Assembly: GCA_951406725.2 (NCBI GenBank)
Contig: OX597814.1
Location: 52,514,001-52,578,000 of the forward strand
DNA: 64,000 nt
From: Octopus vulgaris
Lineage: Eukaryota
Reading direction: 5' to 3'
Shown: positions 1 to 13,503 of the stretch, piece by piece
Layout: each line of letters begins with the position of its first letter
How positions within the stretch are numbered: the stretch's first letter is position 1
The notes under the pieces: model-generated
Database searches by the model: none
What the model was told of the DNA's origin: nothing
What the model saw: only the letters and a program-made list of their open reading frames with translations
Translations under genes and position numbers: made by a program

Positions 1-8
1 AGAGAGAA

Positions 9-39
<31 letters not shown>

Positions 40-374
40 CTGATAGAATGTTGCAAACAGGAAGATGGGGAGAAATGAGTAAAGAAGAGAGAGAGAGAGA
101 GAGATTGATACCTATTCATTTTGACATGGATTGTTTAAATCTTCCAACTTTTTGATTATAATATATATAAAAAAAAAAGCTATTTGAATTATTATGTTTT
201 GAATATCAGAGATTCAGAATCTGCCAAAAACAGGTATTTTAATTTTTAAAATATTCCTTTTTCATTAAAAACAGAGACAGATGAAGGTTTCAGAGATTGA
301 GAATCCGAGTACTCTTTCTTTTTTTGAATATGTATTCAGTTTGCATTTGAAGTTTATAATATATATATTGCATT

Positions 375-785
375 TCTCTTTCACTTTTTGTTTCAATCAC
401 TAGACTATGGCCATGCTGGGGTATCACTTTGAGGAATTTTGGTCAAACTAATCAACCCCAATACTTATTTTCTTTTAAGTCTGGTACTTATTCTATTGGT
501 CTCTTTGGCAAAACCACTAATTTATGGGGATGTAAACACACCAACTGTCAAGCAGCAACAGGGGCCAAACACAGACACACATAAATGTTTGTATATCTAT
601 CCTATATGTATACACACACACTCACACACACAACAGGCTTCTTTTAGTTTCCATCTACCAAATCCACTCACAAGGCATTGGTTGGCTAAAGCAGAAAACA
701 CTTGCCGAGGGTGCCACGCAGCAGTGGGAGTGAACCTGGAGCTATGTTGTTGGGAAAGAAACTTCTTACCAAACAACTACACCTG
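375..785 (-). mobile_element. tRNA-derived SINE copy
   Basis: Reverse-complement match to 20195-20568. Confidence 0.75.
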
Positions 786-1809
786 TATGTTTGCATATAT
801 ATATATATATTACATTTACACATATGTATATTGTATTTCCATCCTTAATAAACTAAAATAGAAGTAAAAGCATTTTAAGATTTCAAAAAGTGAAACAAGT
901 AATGTATTGAAATGTAACAAAATTATATTTATGCTCTTCTGATGGGAATAAATTACACTTATAGACAAAAAAAAAAAAATTTTTTTAACTTTAAATTAAA
1001 AAAAAAAATTATAATTAAAAAAAAATTAAAACAAACTTTTAAAAAATATGTTTTGTAGATTCTGAATTTTTGATGTTCACGATATAAATATCCACAGACA
1101 GTTTTTTAAAAATGCATAAAAACAGTTAAACGTTTCAATAAAATGATTAAGTGATGAAAGATTAAAGAGCAATTGACAGGGAAACACACACATATATATA
1201 TATGTACACACACATAACAATTATGTTTTGCACTGCTGGTTTTCAAAAGGAAAAAAAAAAAATGTCTATTATAAAATATAGGCCAATATATATTTAAAAT
1301 TTGGCGGAAAAAAAGCTTCTTACATTTAAATGTATATCGGTTGACAAAGTATTTATAAATAAATAAAGGAAAAAGAGAGGAAACAAATTAAAGCGTAAAC
1401 AATAAAATGTAGGCAAGATAAGGAAAAGAGAAAAGGAAAGAGAGGGGGTGGAAAGAAAGAGGAAGTAGAGTGACTCAGAAGAGAAAGGAGAAATATAAAA
1501 GAAAATAAAAATAGAGAGAAAAGAGATCCAATTAAATGTGTCAGTCATTGTGACAATGTATGGCAAACAGAGAAAGTCCCAGTAAACAAATAGGAGTAAT
1601 GCTAAGTGAACAGGGAGAGAAAGGACTGGAAGAGAGAAAGAAATGATAGAATTGAGAGAAGAATATAATTAGAGTAGGGGAATCAAAGAATAACAACTCT
1701 TGGGGAAGATGATAAATGGAAGAATGAAAGTTTAACTCTTTAGCAATCACATATTCTGTCCAAAGTATTTATTCACATGTTTTGAATTAATCTTGCATTG
1801 TCTTGTAGG

Positions 1810-2630
1810 TTTGGAATTTTGATGAGGTAACTGCCATTGATGACAGTAGCTCAGCTAACAAAGAACAAGGTAAGACTAGTGTTTGACTATAGGAAGTTGA
1901 ATCATCACATAACATGTCACAGGAGCTGTGATGCAATGTACATATATAGAGAGAGCGTTTGAACATGGTCACAGATGACAGGAGTAGCTACAACTGTTGA
2001 CCTAAAACCAGCTTCTTTACAAGTTCCAAGTGACTAAAATGTTGTGAAAGTAAAGAGTAAAGACCCCCTTCTGTCATGAATGACCATGAGATTGCACCTA
2101 GAAAGTTACCCTCCGAAGCACAAGTCTGGGCAAGGATGTTTATGGAAAACCAGTAATCGCCCATGCATACCAGCTTCCCCTCTCCACACCATTGATGTCA
2201 TTCAAGGAAAAGGCAAATGCCAAAGCAGCTTGGCACCAGTGATGTTGCAACTCATTTCTACACCTGAGTGAACGGGAATAATGTGAAATAAAGTGTCTCG
2301 CTCAAGAACACCCCCCCCCCAAACAGGTCCTGGAATCAAACTCACTACCTCATGATTGCGAGCCCGATGCTCTTACCACTGAGCTATGTGCCTTCACACA
2401 GTACCAACTGGTAAACTATCAACATAGAATGTACTGTCTAATCAGAGCCATGTTTGGATTAAAGTCTGTACCAAAAATAATGCCAGCAATTTTAAAAACA
2501 ATCTTAGAAAAGGTGGATAGGATAAAGGAATCCATGAGTTCCTGTGCTGATTATTACATCCAAGAGACAGCAGAATAGGTGAGAGATTACCTTAAGAAAC
2601 TTTGGACTTCATTACCAAAAATGTATGTAC
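1810..2630 (+). mobile_element. Gypsy-like LTR retrotransposon reverse transcriptase remnant, interrupted by a SINE
   Basis: LPLMTVAQLTKNKVRLVFDYRKLN from 1831, VDLKPASLQV near 1996, and YCLIRAMFGLKSVPKIM from 2432. These match the order of Gypsy RT motifs. Confidence 0.7.
2050..2397 (-). mobile_element. Third tRNA-derived SINE family copy
   Basis: Minus strand starts ggcacatagctcagtggtaagagc...gagtttgattcc (A and B boxes). Related heads near 11700-11860 (-) and 13600-13730 (+). Confidence 0.7.
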
Positions 2631-2719
2631 CTATCAATGGTTGGTTGTGGAACTGATTGGGAGATCAAGCCAGAGGCAGGGGCCTTGGTCACAGCAATAA
2701 TGAACAAAGCATTTTTGGA

Positions 2720-2880
2720 GATATTTTTTATGAATGGCTACTTGTTCATTGCAAATAAGACAAATGCACTTATTATCCATTTCAAAAAAAAAAAAAAGTT
2801 CAGTCCATTTTTCATCAAACAAAACATGTTCACCAGCACTTTTTTTTTTAGGAATTCTATAATTGCTTGCCGTATTGATA
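2720..2880 (-). mobile_element. hAT (Charlie/SPIN, GTF2IRD2-like) transposase N-terminal fragment
   Basis: FDEKWTELFFFFEMDNKCICLICNEQVAIHKKY fits the BED-type zinc finger start of this family. Confidence 0.7.
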
Positions 2881-3894
2881 AGGGTATAAAAAAATTGATT
2901 TAACAAAGTTATAAACTGGTTAAATTTATATTATCACTTTCAGAATTTTTGTTATTTCTGCTGCCTGGGAAAAACAAAAGCCAACTAGCTCGTAGTTGTA
3001 ATGTATGCATTTAGTGTTGTAAAAATAGTAAAAAATAAAAATCTGCAAAAAATTAAGATATTGTTTGGTTCTGCAAGGTTTAACTTGACTTTTCTCTCCC
3101 TTGTCCACACAAGTGTTGACAAGCAAGTAGGTAGGGAAGGGCAATATGAATAATTTTTACAAAGTGTCTTCTACAATCCTTCAGCTTTCCTTTCACATGA
3201 AAATTATTTCAATACATGCAATATATTTTCTCAGCTAAAGTGTAGTTGGGTCTCAATGTAGTGGTACAACCTAGTGTTTTATAGTGAAAACAAAATTTAT
3301 ACACAAGAGGGATTGGTTGTTATTGCTGATACTTGTTATAGGACAGTTTGTTGTATGTGGATTTTTATCAAACAACTGCAGAATAAAGCAGTAAAGTTTT
3401 GTTCTCTTAGCTATTACACTACAAATATAATGCCTAGGCAAGTTGAAGAAAAAAGAAAGTATGGTGCTGTATAAAGCAGCTACTAATAGGATAGAGAGAA
3501 AAACAGTAACAAACAAAAGAAATTAGCTGTAATATGGTTAAAATACCAGAAGGCTTTCTATAGTATATCAAGGTGAGTAGGTGAGAGGAGCATGAATATG
3601 AGGGGAGAATCTTTTGAAAAAGGTGAGAGTGATAAAGGATAGAGTAATGGGAGATTGATTGAACTAGGGAGGCAATGACAGCAGCTACATGTTTGCTGTT
3701 GTGAGAGAGAACTGAGTAAGAGAGCAATAGATGTCATTAGCAAGTAGGCTGGAGAAGAGTGAGGAATGGGTGGCAGCACAAAAAGGATGATGATTGTAAA
3801 ATATGAGATATGAACAAATATGGTATGAAACTCAAGTTACTAGGCAAACTGTCAGTTTCAGGTTCAATAAGAAAAGTGTATGTACGTATATATT

Positions 3895-4692
3895 ATCATC
3901 ATCATCATTTAATGTCCATTATCTATGCTGGCATCAGTTTGGACAGTTAGACTGGGGCTGGGGAGCTGCACCAGACTCCAGTCTGATTTGGCATGGTTTC
4001 TACAGCTGGATGTCCTTCCTAATGCCAACCAATACAAGAGTGTAATGGGTACTTTTACATGCCACTGGCACGGGTGCCATTTGCATGACACCAGTATCTG
4101 CCAGGACTGTGATTTTACTTGGCTTGATCGGTCTTCTTCTGAAGCATAACATAAAGCCAAAGGTCTCAGTCATTTGTCACTGCCTCTGTGAGGCCCAACA
4201 CTCAAAAGGAGCTTTTCAAGTGCCACCAGCATTGGCCACTTTGTCTTCATGAAGACCAAGCTCGAAAGGTGCTTTTTACGTGCTACTAGCATAGGTGCCA
4301 GTTATGTGACACCAGCATTGGCTATGACTACAGTTTCACTTGGCTTGATGGGGCTTCTCAAGCACAGCATATCGCCAAAGGTCTCAGTCACTAGTCATTG
4401 CCTCTGTGAAGTCCAAAGTTCGAAGATCATGCTTCACCAGCTTGACCCATGTCTTCCTGGGTCTACCTCTACCACAGGTTCCCTCCACAGTTAGAGATTA
4501 GCACTTCTTTATACAGCTGTCCTTGTCCATACACATCACATGACCACACCAGTGCAGTCGTCTCTCTTGCATACCAAATCTAATGCCTCTTATGCCCAAC
4601 TTTTCTCTCATGATGCTTACACTCTGTTGAACATGCACTTCATTTCTTTCAAGCTCACACATATCCTTGGCTGTCACAGCCCATGTTTCACT
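3895..4692 (-). mobile_element. 5'-truncated RTE-clade LINE (RT C-terminus, 3' UTR, (GAT)n tail)
   Basis: YGSETWAVT...REKLGIRGIR...ERRLHWCGHV. The 3' UTR is shared with many other copies in the window. Confidence 0.82.
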
Positions 4693-5467
4693 GCCATATA
4701 CACACACAACAGGCTTTTTACAGTTTCTGTCAACTATATTTTACTCGCAAAATACTGGTGTGTTAGTGTACACATACATTATATATATATATATATAATC
4801 ATGTCAATGTTCACACTTCCTTGCTTTCATAGATCTGAGAGTGTTAATCTGGGAGCAGTGCCCTTTTCTCATCTGTTTCTGAGTAAGCAAATATTTTCCT
4901 TTATCCAAACTTATTTTCACTGAAGACATGATAGTGGTGTTCACTTGCAACCATCATGTGATATCTAGACCAGTAAACATTCATACACATATACAACAAG
5001 CTTCTTTCCGTTTCCATCTACTAAATCCACTTGCAAGGCTTTAGTCAGCCGAGGGTTATAGTAGAAGACACTTGCCCATGCAGTGGGATTGGATCTGAAA
5101 CCATGTGGCTGGAAATGCGAACTTCTTAACCACATTACCATGCCTGCATCATTATCTCTGTGGAGGGGCAGAAGGCACCTGACATCAGATCAAAATTCAT
5201 AAATACTATCTGTAATTCTGTATTGACTCGATGGGGAAAATGTGTTGCTCAAGGAGGACTGCAGTTTGAACAATTTTCATGTTTCATATTTAAATGCTTT
5301 TATTAAATTCATTCAGTTGTTAAACACAAATAAATTTTGGAATTAAATGGTTTTCATTTACTGTCAGGTGACCCTTGGCCAACCCTGTGTGTGTGTGTGT
5401 GTGTGTGTAATGTACGAGAGGAAAATAAAACAGATTTAGTTAATCTTTTCATTATAAATTACATAAT

Positions 5468-5563
5468 CTTAACACGTGTTTCACCAGCAAATATTAGTAT
5501 GTTCTGCAGTAATTGTTATATAGATGATTGCACAATCACATTGAAATGCCAGATCTTCAGAAG
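5468..5563 (-). ncRNA. Type I hammerhead motif with ~70-nt stem II domain
   Basis: CUU CUGAAGA UCUGGCA...UGCUGGU GAAAC ACGU GUU AAG. Homologous degenerate copy at 9471-9565 (+). Confidence 0.5.
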
Positions 5564-5942
5564 GAGATAGTAATTTAAACCATAGTTATTTACCAACCTT
5601 ACTTGGATGGCAATGTTGAATAAGAACTGCATTTATTTAGAAATTACTTTGTATGTAGCATTTAAGAAAAGGAAGGTTATTATTTTTATTTTATCACAGT
5701 GAAATAAAGATAAAGAAGGGAGAGTAATAACTGTAGTCAAGATGTCAAAGGGAAAAATGGAATATCAACACCTAAACTGTCAGAGATCAAAGATTAATTC
5801 CAAGTTAACAATGATAAATGGTTCAGAAGATTGTAATAACAAAAAAGAGGGTGGAATTTTGTTTGTAAGAAACAGACATACATATCTACTCACTCACATA
5901 CACATATGCATGCATGCATGCTCACACAGACCCATATACATA

Positions 5943-6467
5943 TGAGATCTGATAAAAATGTATTAGGACTGCTGTTATGGAAGCAGAGCTAAAGTAAGCA
6001 AGAGTTAAGCCACTTGGCTCAGATTGACCTTAAACTTGTTATAACGTTTTTGCTCACTTCCATTGTTTATAGCAGTGGTTGGCAGTATAATGTGAAGGGC
6101 TTGGTTGTCTCACAACACCACAGAGGTTCTATCAGTGACCATGGCAGGGAAAATATGTGTATGTGTGTGTGCATGGAAAGAGATACAGTTTGAAGTTTAT
6201 TATAGCCAAGAAACTTTCCAAAAATCAAATCCCACTTGAAAAGAACAGGATTTTGAGACATTGAAAAAATCCAAGAGAATGTGATGAAGAAGCTGCTCAC
6301 TATTTCAAAAAAGGAGTTCCAGAAATGCTTCCATCAATGGAAATGACACAGGATAAAGTATATAGCTTCAAAAGGGAACTACTTCAAAGGAGATTAAATG
6401 CCAAATTGATATGTGTTGTAGTTTTCTTTTTATAGCACTAGTCCTGATACCTTTTGATCAGATCTCA
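5943..6467 (+). mobile_element. Internally deleted mariner
   Basis: TIRs tgagatctgataaaaatgtattaggact and agtcctgataccttttgatcagatctca, flanked by TA. C-terminal transposase remnant FPKIKSHLK...FQKCFHQWK...GNYFKGD. Confidence 0.8.
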
Positions 6468-7147
6468 TACATAACTTTTTATTTACTTTCACATACCAAC
6501 ATGTGTATATTCAGGTCTTAATATATACCTTTATGCAAAGCAGTGTAAATTCAAATTTATGTCCACATATACACATCGTTAATCTCTATTTCTTTATATG
6601 AAACAACAATATATACATGTACCTGTCCCAAGGTGAAAGAGAGAGAGAGAGAAAAAAAAAAAACAAATTCTCAGAACTTACCAAACCTGTTTTAGACAAA
6701 CTTAAATGATTTGACCAATGATTTATGTGTGTGTGTATATATATAGTTCTACCCATGCATACATGGAAGATGGCCGTTAAATGATATACATACATATATA
6801 TATATATATACTCACAAAAAAAAACATACATCTTATCTTTTACTTGTTTCAGTCATCAGACTGCAACCATGCTGGGGCACAGTCTTAAAGGGTTTTAGTC
6901 GAACAAATCAACCCCAGTATTTATTTTAAAGAGGTTGAATTCATGTATGTTGTCATCATCATCATCATTAACATTTGACATCCATTTTTCATGCTAGTAT
7001 GTTGGATGGCTTGATAGGAACTAGCAAGGCCAGAGTCTGCACCAGGTTTTAAAGTCTGTTTTGGCTTGGTTTCTATGGCTGGATGCCCTTCCTAATACCA
7101 ACCACTTTACAGAGTGTACTGGGTGCTTTTTATGTGGCACCATTATT

Positions 7148-7505
7148 ATAGGCAGTGAAATGGCAGAATTGTTAGCACACTGGACAAAATGCTCAGCAGC
7201 ATTTCATCCATCTTTATGTTCTGAGTTCAAATGCCACTGAGGACAACTTTGCCTTTTCTCATCCTTTTGGGGTTAATAAAATAAGTAACATTTAAATACT
7301 GGGGTTGATATAATTGACTTACCCCATCCCTTGAACTTGCTGGCCTTGTACAAAAACTTGAAATCATCATTATTATTATAGGCAGTGAGCTGGAAGAATT
7401 GTCAGCACACCAGACAAAATGATAAGTAGCATTTTACCTATTTTTACATTCTGAGTTCAAGTTCCATCAAGGAAAACTTTACTTTCATCCTTTTGGGGTC
7501 AATGA
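7148..7505 (+). mobile_element. Two tandem copies of a second SINE family
   Basis: ggcagtga..tggcagaattgttagcac...gagttcaa repeated at 7151 and 7381. Other copies near 16320-16810 (-), 37200-37355 (+) and 45040-45150 (-). Confidence 0.72.
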
Positions 7506-7837
7506 AATGAAGAGTTGTGGGTGTTACAGATATTGTAACATTGCTTACCACATTTTGAATCTCATGTTTTAGGGATATACAGATTTATAGGGTAACTATA
7601 GAGTTTATGTTATTTTTAGTGTGTGTTATATATCATTATACTTAATCATTTTATAAGAGTTACCATATTCTACAATATCTTCAAAAATGTTTTGTTTGAA
7701 GAGGTAGAGATTAACTGTGTATACATGCATGTGAGTGTATATTTAAACTTATGCTACTTTTTGTATATGTGTATGCTCAGATGTACAGTTATAATCATAT
7801 CTCGGTAGGTGTAAGTAAATAAAATGTTATAAATGTA

Positions 7838-9118
7838 TCAGGCTGAGTAAAAAGTAAGCAACGTTTTGAAACATGAAATTCATCACAATACATTTCAACA
7901 ATGTAGAAATGTTATTCATCAAAGCAAATACCATTACAATCAACACATTTTTGCCAACAAGTTACAAGTTTGTTTATTCTGGTAACATAAATATCTGGAG
8001 TTCTGGAGCTGATGAACTCTTTGAATACACTTTCAGCATCGGTTTGATTTTTTAACTCCTTCTCTTGCAGGAAACCATCAAGGTGCTTGAAAAAGTGGTA
8101 GTCAGTAGGAGAAAGGTCTGAGGAATATACAGAGTGGGGAAGAACTTCATAGCCAAGTTCCCTCAACTTCTGGAGCATCATTAGTGAAACATGTGGTCAA
8201 GCATTGTCATGAAGAATGATTGGCCCTCTTCTGTTGACCAGACTGGGATGGAGGAGTAGCAGTTTTTCATTCTTTTTGGCAATTTCATGGCAATATGTTT
8301 TAAAAAGTAATGGTTTTAAGAAGTTACAGTGGATGAATCCAGCAGTACACCACCAAACAGTCACCATAATCTTCATTTTGAACAGCTCGAGTTTAGGGAA
8401 AGATTTTGGTGCTTCATTTTGATCCAACCACTGCAAAGAACGTTTTTTTATTATTGTACAGAACTCACTTTTCATTGCAAGTTACAATACCACTGAGAAA
8501 TGGATTGATCTGGTTACAAAGAAGCAACAAACAAATTTTATATCTGCACATTTTCTGATTTTCATTCAAATTGTGTGGTACCCATTTGTCAAGCTTTTTT
8601 TGATTTTCCAATGGCATGCAAATGGTTGCAGGCAGTTTTCTGGCTAACTTGAAGCTCTTTTGCCAGTTCTCAAGCGGTTTTTATGTGGATCTTTCTCAAT
8701 GACGGTCTTTAATTGACCATCATCGGTGACAGATGAGTGTCCACAAAGCTCACGATCTTCAAGACTCAGGTTTCCACTGCGAAATCGTTTAAACCAAAAC
8801 CGTTTTTGAGCTGACCACTCACTGGTCATTTCCTCACCAAATGTTTCACTGATATCATGAACAGTTTCCGCTGCTTTACGTCCTTTTTTGAAGTTGAATA
8901 GCAAAATTGCTTGAATATCATGCTTTGACAGTTCCGTTTCAGATGATAGTAACAACAGTGAAAAAAATCAATGTTAATTTATTGATGCATTTGAGCAAAT
9001 CTATGTCTGCATTATCAGACAATTGCAAAAACATGTTTAAAACAAATTCAAAACTCTGCAAAAGTCCAGTACAAATTCTTCATAGTTCAAAATGTTGCTT
9101 ATTTTTTACTAAACCTGA
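7838..9118 (-). mobile_element. Full-length but inactivated mariner transposon (Hsmar1/Mos1-like)
   Basis: ~33-bp TIRs (tcaggctgagtaaaaagtaagcaacgttttgaa and ttcaaaatgttgcttattttttactaaacctga) flanked by TA. Frameshifted transposase with WFKRFRSGNLSLED, IILHDNA and YSSDLSPTDYHFF motifs. Confidence 0.93.
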
Positions 9119-10016
9119 TATATGGGTGTGAGAACATGCATGTGTGAGAAGTACATAGATTTATTTTTCATATACTGAATTCCAGCTTCTTTTTCTTTAC
9201 ACTAACTTCTGAACAATTTACCATTGATAACTTGAAATTTACTTTGATCCATAACAGTTCAAGTGTTGAATTTCCTTTAATATCTCAACTACCATTATTA
9301 CTTTGCATTTGATTTTTCTATATTTATCTCACTGACAAAATAAAAAAAAATATAACCTTCCTCTTTTCTGAACTATTTGTACAAAGAACGTTCTCCTAAA
9401 TTTACACCACAGTTCATATTTAACATCACCAACCAAGTAAGGCCGGTAAATAACTATGGATTAAATTACCACTTTCTTCCGAAGATCCGGCATTTCAATG
9501 TGATTATGCAATCATCTACATAACAATTACAACATACAATTGCTGGTAAAGCACATGTAAAGAGTATGTAATTTAAACGCTAGGATAAAAAGTAAACTAA
9601 ATCTGTTTTATTCTGCTCCCAGATTAACACTCTGTAAACAACCAAAAGAAAACCAGAGGACAAATTATGTTTATACTTGATTGGAATTTGGATATACATG
9701 GCTTTACATAGAGTTCTAAGCATTGATTAACTATTATACTAACTCATTTGAAATAGCAATTTTTCAATACACACACATATCTATCATTTAAATGCCTATT
9801 TTTCCATGCTTGCATGACTTGGTTGAAGGTTATTTTGGCAAATTTTTTATGGCTGGATGCCTTTCCTGTTGCTGATTCTCATGTTTCCAAGCAAAGTAAT
9901 AATTTCCCATGCCCAAACATGTTTACACTGAATATTGGAAATGAATGAAACTGCTTATATGACAGTAACATTTATTTAAGAACTATCATGTGATGGAGAT
10001 ACACACACATATATGA

Positions 10017-10017
<1 letters not shown>

Positions 10018-10056
<39 letters not shown>
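10018..10056. repeat. (GT)n microsatellite
   Basis: Direct inspection. Confidence 0.95.
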
Positions 10057-10059
<3 letters not shown>

Positions 10060-10204
10060 GGATCATTTCAGCTTCCACCAACCAAATCCACTCACAAGGC
10101 TAGTTCAACCCAGGAGTATAGTAGAAGACATCCAAAGTGCCATGTAATGGAAGTGAACCAGAAACCATATCATTTAGGAGTAAATTTCTTAGCCATTTCT
10201 GTGC

Positions 10205-10558
10205 CTAGGATCGTGTGGATCGCCTCACCATGCAACCCCCACCATGTTACACTAATTTCTTCTTTAATCCCAAATGCAGGCTGATCAACCCCTTCGAAAG
10301 TGAGATAGGTATCATTTGCAAGCCTATTCTTGATACTATCAACTCCTCCTGAAGGCCCTAACTTTTGCCGAACAATTTACCAGCATAAGTGATCTTGACA
10401 TCAGAATCATCATGAACGCTAAAAAGACAACTCTAGTCTACGACAATTCCTTCTGGGTGAAGAAAAATGGTGATCCATTGTTTGATGTCTCTATGTGGAG
10501 CTTTGATAGGGCTGAAATCGCCAACCTCATTGGGTTATACATTTTGAATACCCTCAAG
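10205..10558 (+). mobile_element. Penelope-like element RT fragment with internal deletion
   Basis: NPKCRLINPFESEIGIICKPILDTIN from 10266, joined to IIMNAKKT...WVKKNGDPLFDVSMWSFDRAEIANLIGLYIL, which resembles the FDVxMGSxDGAE motif of some PLE RTs. Confidence 0.72.
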
Positions 10559-10574
10559 ATATATATATATGTGT

Positions 10575-10952
10575 GTTTTTTTTGTTTTTCTTGTTTCAGG
10601 CATATAACTGAGGCCATGCTGGAGCACTACCTTGAAGTGTTTTAGTTGAACAAATTGACCCCAGAACTTATATTTTGAAGCCTAGTATTCTCTTGGTCTC
10701 TTTTGCTCAACTGCTAAGTTACAGGGATGTCAACACACCAACACTGGTTGTCAAGCAGTGATGGGGGATAGGGGACAAACACAGACATATATGACAGGCT
10801 TCTTTCAATTTCCATCTACCAAATTCACTCAGAAGGCTTTGATCAACCTGAGGCTATAGTAGAAGACATTTGCCCAAGGTGCCACACAGTGGAACTGAAC
10901 CTGGATCCATGTGGTTGGGAAGCAAACTTCTTACCACACAGCCACAACTGTG
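10575..10952 (-). mobile_element. tRNA-derived SINE copy
   Basis: Reverse-complement match to 20195-20568. Confidence 0.75.
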
Positions 10953-12399
10953 CTTACATACACATATAAGCATACACACACACATATATACATACACACA
11001 CACACACACATGAAACTGAGTAACAATTTTATAATAAAGTATATATATATATATATAATAATAATATAATAAACCTTTACATAAATAAATAACGTGAAAT
11101 ACACGAAGGGACGAACATAAGAGACAGACGGGTCATTCAAAGCCTTCGTTCTTCAGTCAGAAACCGATTCCTCATCGCAGATATACACACACACAAATAT
11201 ATATACATGCATGTGGATTTGTTTGAGTCTCCTTGCCTTGACACCTTCCTTTAGTTATAAACAAGTATTACAGTCATACAAGTGACATTAGTTATCTGAA
11301 AATATGTCCAGGCTTGGTGAAATATCTTGCTTGGAAACAGGTGTTAGTTGGTGATAGGAATGACATCCAGCAGTAAAAAATCTGCAATAACAAATACCTT
11401 CTGACCCAGGCAAGCATAGAAAAGTGGATGTTAAAACGATGATGATGATATCAATATAAATCCATATATTTTATTATTCAGTAGAAGTTACAAAGTACTC
11501 AAGGGCCAAGAGTTTCATGCATGGCCTTGAATCACTTTCTAAATTCTGCTGATTATAAATGTATGGTAGTCTTTCAAGCCTAAGAAAGCTGTTTCTACAA
11601 TTTCTTGTGGAACTAATCTGCTTGGATGATTTGTTTATAATGATCAGATGTTCATGATGCACATTAGCTCACTCCATGCATTAAATCAACATTACCTGTA
11701 CAGATACACACTATACCACACGTCTGATAGCCAAAGTGATCATAGAGCAACACAAGATGAAGTGTTTTGCTCAAGAACACAATGTATCACTTAGTCTGGG
11801 AATGAAACCCATGACCTTGCAATTATAAGTGCAACATCCTAACCACTAAGCCATGTGCCTCAGTGATTATGAAAAATAAAATATACATACTCATATATTG
11901 AGTTCTATTTATCCTGTTAGTTCTAACAAATATACATATGTATATTATCATCACCACTTTAATGTCCACTTTTCTATGCTTGCATGGGTCAGGCAGAGCT
12001 TATGGAGGCAGATTTTCTATGGTTGGATGTCACTGACCCTTACCTGTTTCCAAGAAAGGTAGTATTACCCCATGGCCAGGCATATCTTTGAAGAATACTT
12101 GAAACGAATGACACTCATTTGCAACTGTCACGATGAGGCAACACAAATATATATCTATATCAACATCATTTAACATCTGTTTTCCATGCTGACATGGGTT
12201 GGACAGTTTGACAGGAGCTGACCAGCTGAAAACCTGTTCAGGCTCCATGTCTGTTTTGGCATGGTTTCTAGAGCTGGATATTGTTCCTAATACACACACA
12301 CATGCATATGTATAAATACACACAAGCATATATCTTTCTCTCTCCCTCTCTCTAGATAAAAGTGTCAAATAATTGAACCACTGCAGCCCTTCACCCATA

Positions 12400-13210
12400 T
12401 CTGTCCTGTGTCAGTCTGCATAGTTCTGTGTTTCTGTTTAAATCTGTTTAAATCTTGTTTTAGGCCTCACTCTTGTTCTTTTGCCACATGTCACATCTAT
12501 TTACAGGAACTTGTCATGGTCTTGTCTTCTAAGTATATGGCTGGTGAAGGTCCATTTTCTTTTCCTTTTAGTATTTAACAGTCTTTCCTGGCACTTTATC
12601 TTGCAAAGACCCCACTCATTAGTTCTTTTATCTGTCCAACCTAATCTAAGAACGTGTCTAAAACTCCATTGTGAAAATGCTTGCATTTTCATCCTCATCC
12701 ATTTTGCACACTGGTATGAGGTAGACAGTTTGACTGGGACTGGTAAGCCTGAAAGCTGTATTAGGCTCCAGTCTGATTTGACTTGGTTTCTATGGCTGGA
12801 TGCTTCCTAATGCCAACTACTGACCACGACTACAATTTCACTCGGCTTAACGTGTCTCCTCAAGCACAACTAGTCATCGCCTCCATGAGATTCAACATCT
12901 GAAGATCATGCTTCACCACCTCAACCCTTATCTTCCTGGGTCTACCTCTTCCACAGATTACCTCCACAGTTAGAGATAAGCACTTCTTTACACAACTGTC
13001 CTCATCCATATGCATCATATGACCATCATGACCACACCAGTGCAGTCTCCTCTCTTGAACACCACATCTGATGCCACTTATGCCCAATTTTCCTCTCAAG
13101 ATGCTTACAATCTGCTGTACGTGCAGAGTCACTCATTGCACATCAATTTTCTTAATAATCCAGCATTCTGCTCCATAAGTGGCTATGCTAAATATCAATG
13201 AATTGGGGAG
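12400..13210 (-). mobile_element. Nested LINEs: an RTE-like fragment split by a second RTE insertion (~12711-13134)
   Basis: Outer element reads IATYGAECWIIKKID, then AFSQWSFRHVLRLGWTDKRTNE. Inner element reads GKLGISGIRCGVQERRLHWCGH. ttgcaca is repeated at both junctions. Confidence 0.7.
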
Positions 13211-13259
13211 TCTTTTTTTTTTTTGTTTGCAAGAAGATGGCCTTATTCTTCCCAAGCCA

Positions 13260-13503
13260 AACAAAATTGCAGTTGTGGCAGATACTGGTGTCACGCAAAT
13301 TGGTATCCATGCCAGTGGCACATAAATGCACCCCAGTGTCACACAAATGGCACTCATGCCGGTGGTATATAAAAGCACCTATTACACTCTCAGAGTGGTT
13401 GATATTAGGAAGGGCATCCAGCTGTAGAAAACCATGCCAGGTCAGATTAGAGACTGGCACAGCTTTCCAGCATACCAGCATGGACAACATATGTTAAATG
13501 ATG
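13260..13503 (+). mobile_element. RTE 3' UTR fragment
   Basis: Reverse-orientation match to 3895-4130, ending in gatgat. Confidence 0.7.

Noticed and set aside
1809-1869. Apparent 61-nt exon with good acceptor and donor (VWNFDEVTAIDDSSSANKEQ)
   Set aside because: Another frame reads through the donor as Gypsy RT (KNKVRLVFDYRKLN), so it is better explained as an LTR-element remnant.
2330-2397. tRNA-like sequence with A and B boxes
   Set aside because: It is the head of a multi-copy SINE and does not form a complete cloverleaf.
11128-11167. Hammerhead-like CUGACUGA...GAA on the minus strand
   Set aside because: GAAAC, the cleavage triplet and the stems are too degraded to support a call, although the insert sits next to a (TA)n tract.
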